Shown: positions 18,154 to 27,901 of the stretch, one piece after another | Numbering within the stretch: the stretch's first letter is position 1 | How the letters are laid out: every line of letters starts with the position of its first letter | Origin: Nitrospinota bacterium | GTDB taxonomy: Bacteria; Nitrospinota_A; UBA7883; JACRLM01 | DNA: 64,000 nucleotides | Assembly: GCA_016235255.1 (NCBI GenBank) | Contig: JACRLM010000074.1 | Span: forward strand, 1,435 to 65,434 | Reading direction: 5' to 3' | Made by a program: the position numbers and the translations under genes | The notes under the pieces: generated by a model | Database searches by the model: none | Told to the model about the DNA's origin: nothing | What the model saw: the letters and a program-made list of their open reading frames with translations, nothing else

Positions 18154-18338
18154 TTTACTTTTCCCTCCTGTTTTTTGACCCCATCCTTGCTCGTTTCCTC
18201 GCTGCTGGATGGAATGTCCTGCCCCAGCGCCCCGCTGGCCCGCATCGTGAATGCGCAGCCGGTCACCATCCCGGCGGTGATCCAGATGGACGCGATCAAC
18301 GCCGCCATCAGCACGGCTCCGACAATTTTCTTAACCAT
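18150..18338 (-). CDS. small lipoprotein, o-spanin candidate
   Basis: 62 aa, lipobox MVTGC. It overlaps the endolysin stop and the next gene's start. Confidence 0.45.
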   Translation of the reverse strand: MVKKIVGAVLMAALIASIWITAGMVTGCAFTMRASGALGQDIPSSSEETSKDGVKKQEGKVK

Positions 18339-18840
18339 TAGCCTTTTCTCCTATGCCGTTTTCAGTTTGTATTCCCAACGTCAGCCCGGCGAGAGCCGCC
18401 AGCGCGGATTTGTATTTTGTGATCCCGTTCAGCCCGCCGTTGACAAGCCGCCGTTGCCTTTCCGGAGTGAGCGCTGTAAATACTCCCCGCCGACGCAGAT
18501 ACACCACAAGGATTTCGGCGGCGGTGGACGGGTCCAGCGCCAGGCCGGGGTTGCCCACAAGGTCAACGCCGAGCCGCGCGCCGAAATCCTGATAGTTAGC
18601 GTGCCCGGTGATCTGGATGAACCCTCGGCCACGGTATTTATATCCATCGCCGGGCGCCGTGTTCCCAAGGTCTTTTCGTCCGTCGTACTTATTAAAATAT
18701 GCCGGCGCTCCCATCTCTGTAATCGGGAGGAACACGGGGACTTCCGTGGCGATGGTGGCCAGCGCTATGCAGGTTGATTTTTCTCCGTCACAGCCATGCT
18801 TCACCAGCGCGGCGCATATCGCCGGCCAGTTTTTCTCCAC
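18331..18840 (-). CDS. glycoside hydrolase family 19-type endolysin (track ORF; the true 5' end is probably ATG 18914 via a 1-nt frame change in an A8 run)
   Basis: DLGNTAPGDGYKYRGRGFIQITGHANY is the GH19 lysin core. The frame stays open upstream to 18981 with no ATG/GTG/TTG (see findings). Confidence 0.75.
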   Translation of the reverse strand: MEKNWPAICAALVKHGCDGEKSTCIALATIATEVPVFLPITEMGAPAYFNKYDGRKDLGNTAPGDGYKYRGRGFIQITGHANYQDFGARLGVDLVGNPGLALDPSTAAEILVVYLRRRGVFTALTPERQRRLVNGGLNGITKYKSALAALAGLTLGIQTENGIGEKANG

Positions 18841-18913
18841 ATTGGCAAGCGGGACTTTCAGCGATCCTGCGATAAGTTCCGCTGTCAGCGCCTCGGCGAA
18901 TGTTTTTTTTCCA

Positions 18914-19465
18914 TCAGAATTTAAACCTAAATACTTCCCCGTAGTATTTGCACCGCCCTTCCATGAAATCGGACGGATAGGTCAGCTGCGCGGGTTTGTC
19001 GCTCGGGTCAATCCCCGCCGCCTGATCCCCCAGGCTTTGGTATTGCGAACAGATCACCGATGTGATGCCCGGATCGTCCACCATGACCGCCGGGATTTTT
19101 AAACGCTCTTTCCACCAGATTTTATTGATTGTGGAATAGCCATATTCTTTTCCGAGAAGGTCGAGCATGGCCGTGACGTATTTGTCACCATTAAATTGCG
19201 GCGTGAACGCTGCGCCGATCCTGTGGACGGAAATATATTTGTATCCCTCGTGGGCCATCAGCGACAGTGGCCGAAGTGTTGCCCCTTGTGAGATCGCCTC
19301 AAACTCCATCACACGGCCGTGCGTCACCCACACTCCGGCGATGTGGGAGTATGGCGAATCGGTGATCGCCTCAATCCTGCGGGACACCAGGTTCACCCCG
19401 GCGCACAAAAGCTTGTCGCCGGTCTGCAGTTGATCCCGGATGTCCGCGTACTTTTGGATTTTCAT
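18914..19465 (-). CDS. permuted papain-like (YiiX/C92, NlpC/P60-related) cysteine hydrolase candidate
   Basis: SPYSHIAGVW (His) and SVICSQYQ (Cys) in the permuted order typical of C92 enzymes. The ATG at 19465 follows the upstream stop by 1 nt. Confidence 0.5.
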   Translation of the reverse strand: MKIQKYADIRDQLQTGDKLLCAGVNLVSRRIEAITDSPYSHIAGVWVTHGRVMEFEAISQGATLRPLSLMAHEGYKYISVHRIGAAFTPQFNGDKYVTAMLDLLGKEYGYSTINKIWWKERLKIPAVMVDDPGITSVICSQYQSLGDQAAGIDPSDKPAQLTYPSDFMEGRCKYYGEVFRFKF

Positions 19466-19466
19466 T

Positions 19467-20138
19467 TTAGCGCCCAAGCTCCTCTTGTATTTTCTTGCGC
19501 CCTTTCGATGGCGCGGGCCACGGCTTAGCGCGCTCGGCCTCCACCGCTTCTGGCGTTGTTGCCGCCTCGATCCTCGCCGCGCGTGTGTTGCTCTCCGCCA
19601 GCACCGGGGTGGAGTTTTCCAAATGTTTCAGCGCGTAGGGGAGGTCCCGCTTGAGCGCCTGGGGGACTCCCATGATTGGTGTCCATTTTGTTTTGAACGC
19701 GCCGATGGCGCTTTTTGTGGCGGAGGAATTAGGGTCGGTGGCGATGGCGTCCATCACCCCCTGCATGTCCGCAAGCATCTCGCCGAGCACGCCGTAGAGC
19801 GTGGTCACCGCGTCCCACGTGGGGTGGATGTCCTCCCTGCCGATGATCCCCGCCACCGCCGTTTCGCGTTCGCGTTGCGCCGCCGCCTTCAGCAGCGGGA
19901 GCAATTCCGCGTCCGGCTTCCGGCGGATCGCGGCGGACGCAAAATCATATTTGTAGTGGTCCAGCGCCTCCGTGATCGCGGCGGGGTTCACATTCACCAC
20001 CGTCACGTCCACCGAGTCAGTGGAATATTTTCCCTCACCGACAGAAAGAATTTCGCCAGTCGATGCGTCCACGCGTCCTTGCGCGGCGTATGCGCTGGAC
20101 GTGGAAAGAATAATTAAAAGGGCCATTGTTGTTTTCAT
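19467..20138 (-). CDS. phage protein with signal-peptide-like N-terminus (tail-fibre region)
   Basis: MKTTMALLIILSTSSAYAAQG; no recognisable domain. Confidence 0.4.
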   Translation of the reverse strand: MKTTMALLIILSTSSAYAAQGRVDASTGEILSVGEGKYSTDSVDVTVVNVNPAAITEALDHYKYDFASAAIRRKPDAELLPLLKAAAQRERETAVAGIIGREDIHPTWDAVTTLYGVLGEMLADMQGVMDAIATDPNSSATKSAIGAFKTKWTPIMGVPQALKRDLPYALKHLENSTPVLAESNTRAARIEAATTPEAVEAERAKPWPAPSKGRKKIQEELGR

Positions 20139-20146
20139 CGCGTCTC

Positions 20147-21328
20147 CTAAAGATTGTCGACCCACCCGATGACATACAGATAGAGATTGTCCGTGCCGGA
20201 GGCTCTCTTGTAATAATGCTGGCCGGAGGTGTTCAGCGGGATTTGAATCACTCCGAAATACGAGATGATGCTTTGAATAAAAGTGTCCGTGGCGCCGTCA
20301 AGGGAAAACGTGAAATAGCCGGTGGACGTGGCGCCGCCGGTCTGGAATTGTACAGTTATCAGCCGCGAGGTGGGTGGCGCGATGGGCGTCAGCAGTGTGT
20401 ATGTGGTCGCCGTCCCGGCGGACAAATATACGCCGGTATTGAACGCGTGGGTGGTACGAACCGTATTGTCAGTCTGCAGTGTACGCCAGAAATTGGACGA
20501 AGCGTCGTTGTAAATCGCCCCAACGCGTCGTTTGTACGTATAGCCGGATGGCATCGCGGGCGCGGTGGAGGACGTGGACAGGAGCGAGGCCACAGTGCCG
20601 TCCGCTTTCCCGATGATCCAGATGTAATACCATGTGGATGCCGCTTCGCTTCCCGTGTCCCTCCCGTTCGCGCCGGCGGCGGTGATGTCCGCAGTGACGG
20701 CGACTGAATGATAATTTTTGTAATACGTCCCGTCGTCCAGTGTGATTTCGGACGCGGAAATGCCCATCTGGTAGGAGGGATTTGTGGTGTTGTTGGCTAT
20801 CAACAGCCCCGAATATCCCCCGCCCACAGTGTTCCCCAGCGTCGCAGAGCGCGGCGTCACCATGCTCACCGACACGCTTGTTATCGGGTCCGACAGCGTG
20901 GCGGGTGTGGCGTTGTCGGTGTATTGGACGATATTCCCCAGGGTCACCGTGGTCACTCCGCCGACCGTGGATGTCCCAGTCACCACACCGATCGCCTGGA
21001 CGGACTGTGTCACCCACGCTTTCCGCCCGGTCTCAAAATACGCCGCCAGTGATGAGTTCACCGAGAGCTGCGTGGTGGAAACGTAAGTCACCGTGGAGGT
21101 GACGGATTGCCACGGTGTGGCCGTTGCCGTCGCCTTCAGTGTCCCGTCCGGATTCGCGAAGGAGGAATTGAAGTCAGCGAGCTTTTTGAACGAGTCCTCG
21201 ATCTTTGGCCCCCAGCTTCCTTCCCCGGTCTTCGGCAACGTGAGTTTGGGGGTGGAGCCGTAATCGTAAGCCCCGGCAAGGGACCCCGCCGCCAGTGCGG
21301 CGATGATAAACGTTAGAATCCTTTTCAT
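20147..21328 (-). CDS. tail fibre / receptor-binding protein candidate
   Basis: 393 aa, Thr/Gly/Ser-rich and beta-rich. The motif LPKTGEGSWGPKIEDSFKKLAD resembles fibre N-termini and is preceded by a hydrophobic leader, MKRILTFIIAALAAGSLAGA. Confidence 0.45.
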   Translation of the reverse strand: MKRILTFIIAALAAGSLAGAYDYGSTPKLTLPKTGEGSWGPKIEDSFKKLADFNSSFANPDGTLKATATATPWQSVTSTVTYVSTTQLSVNSSLAAYFETGRKAWVTQSVQAIGVVTGTSTVGGVTTVTLGNIVQYTDNATPATLSDPITSVSVSMVTPRSATLGNTVGGGYSGLLIANNTTNPSYQMGISASEITLDDGTYYKNYHSVAVTADITAAGANGRDTGSEAASTWYYIWIIGKADGTVASLLSTSSTAPAMPSGYTYKRRVGAIYNDASSNFWRTLQTDNTVRTTHAFNTGVYLSAGTATTYTLLTPIAPPTSRLITVQFQTGGATSTGYFTFSLDGATDTFIQSIISYFGVIQIPLNTSGQHYYKRASGTDNLYLYVIGWVDNL

Positions 21329-21341
21329 GTTTGTGCTCTCC

Positions 21342-22238
21342 TTAGCTCGCTGGAAGTGTCGGTTGCTCTTTTAGCGTCAGAGCGAAATCGTTTAAGTTGT
21401 TCGCCGGGCGCGTCAGGCCGGAATATTTAAGCGTCCCGTATAGCGTTGTCCACGGCGAGTTGACTTCGTCATCTGGATGAAATGCCACAAAGCACGGCGT
21501 GGTCTCGCCCAAAATCATGAACATGTGTGACAGGCTCCACATCTCCGCCGTGGGGTAGCCTTTGACATTCGCGGACATCTCGACGTACCTCACGCCCGGC
21601 CGCGTGGTCTTAATCCCCCCGCCCGTGGTGCGTTCGGCCTGTGTCGTGTCCACCGGGGTGTGGCTCCAGCCGTCGGTGATATTGCGCGCCAGCTCCACCA
21701 CGGAGCACAGCCCTACTATGCCGATGGAGATGTACCCGTCGCCCAGTGGATCGTTGATCTGTATCTGCCAGTACTCATATGCCTGTACTTCCGCGAAAAA
21801 CAGGATGAACACCGGGCGCCACCAGCGGGATGTGGAGGGGCTGATATATCCCCCCATCGCATTATCGCCGAAAAGCCCGGCTCCGAAGCTGCCAGCCGGG
21901 GGATACGCGGGGATTTCGCCTGTGTCATACTTTGCGTTTGTCCAATCCGCCGCCACGTCGTTCCCCCACGCGCGGATAGTGGCGTTCACCGAGTAGCCGA
22001 TGCCGCGCATCGGTTCACCGCCACACACGGCCAGCGCGGCCACGGACGGCACGCCGTTAAGCCGGATATTCAGCGTCATCGTGGTCCCGGCCACTTTGCA
22101 AAGTTTTGTCCGCGCCGGATTTTTTAGGTTGGCCGCATCATAGCCGGAGAGCGGAGCCGGGGCGCACGTTGCGCTCACAGCCTGCAGGGTGTGGTTCGTC
22201 GGCAATATCCGCGTTCGTTTCAGCGTGGCGATAGTCAT
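21342..22238 (-). CDS. tail tip / baseplate component candidate
   Basis: Position between the post-TMP protein and the fibre; ATGA overlap with the upstream gene at 22235-22238. Confidence 0.35.
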   Translation of the reverse strand: MTIATLKRTRILPTNHTLQAVSATCAPAPLSGYDAANLKNPARTKLCKVAGTTMTLNIRLNGVPSVAALAVCGGEPMRGIGYSVNATIRAWGNDVAADWTNAKYDTGEIPAYPPAGSFGAGLFGDNAMGGYISPSTSRWWRPVFILFFAEVQAYEYWQIQINDPLGDGYISIGIVGLCSVVELARNITDGWSHTPVDTTQAERTTGGGIKTTRPGVRYVEMSANVKGYPTAEMWSLSHMFMILGETTPCFVAFHPDDEVNSPWTTLYGTLKYSGLTRPANNLNDFALTLKEQPTLPAS

Positions 22239-23434
22239 ACTATCCCCGGCCCCCCAAGGTCCGTCCACAGCGCAATCTTCACGCCGCCCACGGTGTTAGG
22301 GTCCTCTTCGATCTCGATGATCCGGTGGTATTGCGGCGGGATACCCGGCAGGTTTTTGTCCCCGGCCGGCATCTTCACCGTCTGCCCGATGTTGGCGGAA
22401 CAAAAGCGGAAATCCGATATCGTCCCGATCTGCGCGTGTTCGTGGCAAAGCAAGGTTAGCCGCGCCGTTGCCAGGCTGGTTGCGTCCGTCACGTTGGTGA
22501 TCCCCGCGTCCACGCCGGAGCCGTCCTGCGCCGTCGGCCACCACGGATCGGATGTGAGAACGTTCGCGGTCTTCGTCACACTGGACGCGCCGGCGTTATA
22601 TTTCACGGTCTGCTTGCGGAATACGGGGGTGATAAGTTTCATCCCCGGCCACGCAAACACGTCGTTCGGATCGCTCAAATCGTAATCGGCGGCGGGGGTC
22701 CCGGTAAGGTCGGCGAACTGTTCGATCACAAAAAGCCCCGTGCGGTCAAACCCGTACCATGAATGCGTGTCCGCCAGCAGCGCGTCCAGCACGCTCCATA
22801 TATCTCCGTCGCTGTAAGAGCCGGTGACGGTGAAAGCGCCCGGTTTTCCGCTTGCGGTCCATGCGTTCCATTTTGCTGTGTCATAGCCCGCCGGATATGC
22901 CACCCCGGCGGCCGTTAAGGCATTTTTTACCAGCGTGCCCAGGTTTGCGGCGGTGTATGAGTATGCGGCAAGCCGCGCCGCTTCCGCCTCTTCCACCGCC
23001 GCGTCGGTGATGTTCAGGGTCAGTGTTTTCGCGTCGGAAAAATCCGCGTCCTGCACGCGCGCCGTCAAAAATTGCACCGCGTCCTCCGGCGCCAGGCGAG
23101 GGTATGTGATCCATCCATTCAGTTTTTTCCCGCGCAGGGTCACGGTGTGGTCGCCGATTGCGGCGTCAAACTCACCCGCGTCGGCGATCTTGATCGAGCC
23201 GAGCGTCACCACCACCCGCCCGGAATATATGTCGCGGATGGAGCGCTTTATCGTGGGGAATCCCCCTTCGGCGATCAGGTCCGCGTGATACGGCTCCGAT
23301 GCTCCGGCGGCGAACCCAATGGGAAAGTGTGCGCCGTCGGACGAAAAATACATCCCCACTTCCGGCATCTGGAAAACGAATATGGGCCGGGCGGAAACGC
23401 TGGCGGCGGCGGCGAGCCAGTTCGCGGTCGGCAT
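22235..23434 (-). CDS. minor tail protein immediately downstream of the tape measure
   Basis: 399 aa; start abuts the TMP stop (23435). Confidence 0.4.
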   Translation of the reverse strand: MPTANWLAAAASVSARPIFVFQMPEVGMYFSSDGAHFPIGFAAGASEPYHADLIAEGGFPTIKRSIRDIYSGRVVVTLGSIKIADAGEFDAAIGDHTVTLRGKKLNGWITYPRLAPEDAVQFLTARVQDADFSDAKTLTLNITDAAVEEAEAARLAAYSYTAANLGTLVKNALTAAGVAYPAGYDTAKWNAWTASGKPGAFTVTGSYSDGDIWSVLDALLADTHSWYGFDRTGLFVIEQFADLTGTPAADYDLSDPNDVFAWPGMKLITPVFRKQTVKYNAGASSVTKTANVLTSDPWWPTAQDGSGVDAGITNVTDATSLATARLTLLCHEHAQIGTISDFRFCSANIGQTVKMPAGDKNLPGIPPQYHRIIEIEEDPNTVGGVKIALWTDLGGPGIV

Positions 23435-26400
23435 TTACGCGGGCCTCCTGTAGATGCCTTTGTCCGAGATGACCCGCGCCCCGCGTTCGCTTTCGCGTTG
23501 TATTGTTTTCATCACCGCGTCGGCGATCTCTTGCGCGCTCTGCCCCGGAGCCGCGTTGATAGTGAAACTCAACGTCTGGCTTGAATTCACCGTCTGGCTG
23601 TTTTGTGCCGGGTTACCGGAGGCTGTGGGGAGATAGCCGGTTTTCATCGCGCCCCACACGCCGGAAGAGACCGCGTTGCGCCACGTCGCGGCGTCATTTG
23701 CGGTGAGCACCGATTCGCCATAGTGCAGGTTGTACGGTTTGTCATCGGCGGGGACAAACCATTCCCCGCTGGCGGCGGAAGCCACCGGCGGCGAATACGT
23801 GATTGCGACGCCAACGCCGGACGGAAGCGCCGCCAAGGCGGAGTTCAGGGCGGACACTTTGCCGGTGGTGATGTCCGCCTGGCTTGCCGTGGCGCCAAGG
23901 CTTGTGGTATAGCCGTCAAACTGTTTGCTCGCCGCGTCCGCCTGCTTGCCGGAGGTCTCCGTGGCCGCGCCCGTGTCCGTGGCGGCGGTGGTTGCGTCAG
24001 TGGCCGCCGCTCCGGTGGCGCCGCTGATATTCGCCAGGACGTTCTCGTAATTTTTCGCCGATTCGTTCAGCGCGGCGTATTGCGTCTGCAACTCGGTGAT
24101 CTTGTCGATCCCCAGGTTGGGGTCCTGCAGTTGGTCCTGTATATCTTTTTGCTGGGCCTGGATGTCCGTCAACGCAGACCACGCCTGGCTTGCCGTCTGC
24201 ACCTGTTCGGCGGAGAACATGGTGTTGTTGTTTAAAATGTCCTGCGCCAGCGTCAGCCCGTTGGACGCTTCTGTCAGCCCGCTCATGCGGGAGTCCACCA
24301 CCGCCAGGGAATTTATCAGCGTGTCGAACGCGCTGATGGCGCTGTTGACGTTCACCGTGTCCTGGTTTAACGCCGTGGCCAGGCTCACCGCGTCCGTCGC
24401 CGCCTGGGCGGAGGCTTGCCCCGTCAGCCCTATTTCGATGGCAAGATCGGCGGACTGCGCGGCCAGCGCCGCCATCTGCGCGCGCCCTTCCTCCGTGGCC
24501 GGATTGAGCTCCGTGGCCAGGGACGCGGCTGATTGCAACGCGGCGCTTGTCCACTCGCTCCCCGCCTGTCCGGCGCCGGTCATCGCCTCGGCGAAATCGA
24601 GCGTCGTTGTTATCGTGTCCCCGAGGGCCTTGTTGGCCTGATCGGAAGCGAGGCCGTAATCCTGCACGGCCGTCCCGGCCGCGTAATAGCTGTCGGACAC
24701 GGTCTGCCATTGCGCGTCGAGATGATCCGTAAGCCCGGTGGTTTGTATTATCCGGTCGTTGATATCATCGAACGACTGGAGCACAAACGCGGCGCCTTCT
24801 TTGTTGCCTGACTGCGATTGCGAGGAGAACAGCCCGCCGATCTGCGCCAGCCCGGCGGAGCCTTGTGATTCCAGCGCGGATGTGCCGTAAACGGTCTGCG
24901 GGGCGTTGTCCACGCCGCCGCCGAATCCGGGCCCTGATAAATATCCAATCACTCCGCCAAGAACCGCTCCGGCGATGGTCCCCACTACCGGCACCACAGA
25001 ACCCACCGCAGCCCCGGCGGCGGCTCCGCCGAGCATCGATGATCCTTGAGTTATATCTTGATTCGCGCCCATCTGCCCGGCCAGATATTGCCCGGCATAC
25101 GATCCCGCCGCGCCCACCCCCGCATAGCCAGCGGCGGAGCCGTAAATGCTGGCGTCCCCGCCCACACCGATGAGCCCTTGGAACGTGTCGGCCCCACCGG
25201 CGGCGTCACCGAACAGCGTGGTGGACAGACCGGAGAATGATGTGGGAATGACCGTGGTGGTGGAGCCATTGGCGGACGATGATCCGCCGCTTATCGCGGA
25301 TGTGATGGAGCCCAGAGCGCCGCCGCCGGCGCTTGTAAATCCGAGGCTCGCGGCGATGTTGAGTGTGATGGCGTTGGCCGCCATTTCCGCCGCGATATTT
25401 TTGAACACATCCAGCAGGCTTTGCAGGTCCAGTTTTCCGCTCTCAATCGCGGACTTGATGTTGTCCCGGATATTCGTCCACGCGGTCTCGTTGAGTTTCT
25501 GGATCGAGGCGGCGTTAAGCTCAAACGATTTCCAGAAATCATCCTGTTTTTTCTGCGCGGCGGCGACAGCCTCTTCCACCGTCTTCATCCCGGATTTATA
25601 GGTGTCCGCCCCTTTTTTGATGATGAGTTCCTGCTTCGCGGCGGAATCCTCGGCCAGCGCGATCCGCGCCTCGTCGGAAAGGGCCGCGTCTTTCAGCTTT
25701 TCCGCCAGCGCCGCCACTTCCTTGTCCAGCTCGTAGGATATCCGGGCGTCCACATATGCCTTGTACGCCTCCGAATAGTTTTTTACATCCTCCAGCCGCA
25801 GGGTGTTGGCCTCCGCGTCCTTTTTCAGTTTTTCCGCCTGCAGGTTCAGGTCGTATTGCGCCGCGTCCAGCGCCAGCGTCTTCGTTTCCATCGCGGACGC
25901 TTCCACCACTTTCGCGGACGCGGCGGCCAGTTCATTTTTCTTGTTTGTGTATTCAGTGTCGATCAGCGCTTTGGCGGTGGCGTTCCCTTTGTATTTGTCC
26001 ATATCCCGCTGGTATTCCGTCTCCAGCTTTTTGAAAGGATCCGTTTCGGCGGCGAGCGTCAAATCCGTGATGATGCCCTTTATCTTTTTCGCCGCGTCCG
26101 CATATGCCTCCGCCTTTAGCTGGGCGCTGGCTCCGGCCGTTTCCAGATTTTTTTTAAGCTCCAGGTTTATTTTTTCAAACTCGGAGGCGAGGGATGATTG
26201 AAGTGATTGATCCAGAGCTTTTTGAGCGGGGAGAAGTTTTGATCTCCAGTCGTATTCCTGTTTGAGCGCCGCCACGTTTTTTAGCGCCGCCTGCGCGGCG
26301 GTTTCTTTTACGGCGGCGGCTTTTTCTTCCGAAACGATTCCTAGCTGAACCAAAGACGCAAGGCTTTTATGGACGGCGCCTTCCTCGGCCATCGCCTGGA

Positions 26401-27901
26401 CTTTTTCACGGATTTTTTTCGTGTTTGTCGCCTTGGCAATCGCAAGATTTTCCTCGGCCACGCGGGCGGTTTCCGTCGCGTTAAACCACTCATTTATTGC
26501 ATAGATCGCGGCGCCCACCACCACTGGCAATAACACTATCTCGGCAATACAGGCCGCCACGGCGGCGGAGGTGACTGTTGTGGCCGTTCCAGCGGCGGTT
26601 ACAGCCGCGCCATAGCCATACATGCTTGCCGCCGCCGCTTCAGCGGCGGTCATCCCGCGCATGGAGATCACAAGATCGGATACGTACCCCGCGGCCTTGG
26701 CCACGGAGGGGCCAAACTTGAGGACGGCTCCGGTCGCCACGCCGACGCCGATGGCCAGCGCCGCGCCTTGGGTCACCGCCGCGCGTTCGCCGCTGTCCAA
26801 TTCGTTGAACGCGTCCAGCGCGGACTTTACTGCGGTGACCGTGCCCTTAAAACTGGTCTGCAACCCTTCGCCGATATTGGTGGCGGCCACCTTGGCGGAG
26901 GCGGCCATTTTGTCGAACATCTCTTTGGCCGATGCGTCCACCTCCTTGTTAGCCTTGGCCACCTCCCCGGCGCTGTCTTTCACTTTGGCCAGCGCGGCGG
27001 CATACTCCTGCGCGCCATTTCTGGACAGGACCATCGCCATGTTCACGGCGTTTTGATCGGTCAATAGCCGTTGCAGGCCGGTCTGCGTGCCGCCTGTGGC
27101 GTTCATCACCGCCTGCAATACTTTGGCGAGCCCCTCATTTTCTATGGCGGATTGGGCGCTGTCATATCCAAGATTTTGATATACCGTGGAAAGTTCACCG
27201 CCGCCGCGTGTGAGAGAATCAATCAGGCTCCGCACCCCTATGAGGGCCTTTTGCGTATTACCAAGCGTTTGAGAGCCAACAGAAACCGCCGCGAACATTT
27301 CGGCGGTGGACACGCCGGCGTTGTGCATTTCAGTGGCCATCACCCCCAATGACCTGCCCAGGTCCCCCACGGACAGCTTCCCCTCGCGGACGGAGGCAAA
27401 CAGCTGATCGGAAACATCCGTGGCTTTAGACGCCGGGATGCCGTATGCGTTGAGGACCGTGGAAAGTGTGTCCACCGAGGTGACCATATCCAGCGCGCTT
27501 ACACTGGACAGATCAGCCGCCGTTTTCAAATATCCCATCATGTCAGCCGCCCCCACGCCGGAACGGTTTGCGGCGTAGAATCCTGCAGTGAGTGCGTCAA
27601 GCGGTTGGCCGGTCTCGGTGGAGAGTTTCAGAATCCCGGACTTGAATTCGGATATCCGGGCTTTTGCATCGTCAGATAGAACGGCGACGGAGATCAGCTT
27701 CCTTTCGTAGTCCGCAAAGCCCATAGCGGCTGACTCGGCAAAGGATGCTAGTTGGCTGCCCGCGATAAATGCGGCGGTGGTATGCCCCATCTCCGACAAT
27801 GTGGAGGTAAGGCTTTCCACGTTCGCGGAGAGGCGTTTTAGCGCGCTCTCCGCGCTGTCCGCGTCCGCCGTGACAGTCAGTTTCGTCGTCAGATCAGCCA
27901 T
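23435..27901 (-). CDS. tail tape measure protein
   Basis: 1488 aa, Ala/Gly/Ser/Thr-rich with long coiled-coil stretches and a central hydrophobic segment; follows the G/GT chaperone pair. Confidence 0.9.
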   Translation of the reverse strand: MADLTTKLTVTADADSAESALKRLSANVESLTSTLSEMGHTTAAFIAGSQLASFAESAAMGFADYERKLISVAVLSDDAKARISEFKSGILKLSTETGQPLDALTAGFYAANRSGVGAADMMGYLKTAADLSSVSALDMVTSVDTLSTVLNAYGIPASKATDVSDQLFASVREGKLSVGDLGRSLGVMATEMHNAGVSTAEMFAAVSVGSQTLGNTQKALIGVRSLIDSLTRGGGELSTVYQNLGYDSAQSAIENEGLAKVLQAVMNATGGTQTGLQRLLTDQNAVNMAMVLSRNGAQEYAAALAKVKDSAGEVAKANKEVDASAKEMFDKMAASAKVAATNIGEGLQTSFKGTVTAVKSALDAFNELDSGERAAVTQGAALAIGVGVATGAVLKFGPSVAKAAGYVSDLVISMRGMTAAEAAAASMYGYGAAVTAAGTATTVTSAAVAACIAEIVLLPVVVGAAIYAINEWFNATETARVAEENLAIAKATNTKKIREKVQAMAEEGAVHKSLASLVQLGIVSEEKAAAVKETAAQAALKNVAALKQEYDWRSKLLPAQKALDQSLQSSLASEFEKINLELKKNLETAGASAQLKAEAYADAAKKIKGIITDLTLAAETDPFKKLETEYQRDMDKYKGNATAKALIDTEYTNKKNELAAASAKVVEASAMETKTLALDAAQYDLNLQAEKLKKDAEANTLRLEDVKNYSEAYKAYVDARISYELDKEVAALAEKLKDAALSDEARIALAEDSAAKQELIIKKGADTYKSGMKTVEEAVAAAQKKQDDFWKSFELNAASIQKLNETAWTNIRDNIKSAIESGKLDLQSLLDVFKNIAAEMAANAITLNIAASLGFTSAGGGALGSITSAISGGSSSANGSTTTVIPTSFSGLSTTLFGDAAGGADTFQGLIGVGGDASIYGSAAGYAGVGAAGSYAGQYLAGQMGANQDITQGSSMLGGAAAGAAVGSVVPVVGTIAGAVLGGVIGYLSGPGFGGGVDNAPQTVYGTSALESQGSAGLAQIGGLFSSQSQSGNKEGAAFVLQSFDDINDRIIQTTGLTDHLDAQWQTVSDSYYAAGTAVQDYGLASDQANKALGDTITTTLDFAEAMTGAGQAGSEWTSAALQSAASLATELNPATEEGRAQMAALAAQSADLAIEIGLTGQASAQAATDAVSLATALNQDTVNVNSAISAFDTLINSLAVVDSRMSGLTEASNGLTLAQDILNNNTMFSAEQVQTASQAWSALTDIQAQQKDIQDQLQDPNLGIDKITELQTQYAALNESAKNYENVLANISGATGAAATDATTAATDTGAATETSGKQADAASKQFDGYTTSLGATASQADITTGKVSALNSALAALPSGVGVAITYSPPVASAASGEWFVPADDKPYNLHYGESVLTANDAATWRNAVSSGVWGAMKTGYLPTASGNPAQNSQTVNSSQTLSFTINAAPGQSAQEIADAVMKTIQRESERGARVISDKGIYRRPA

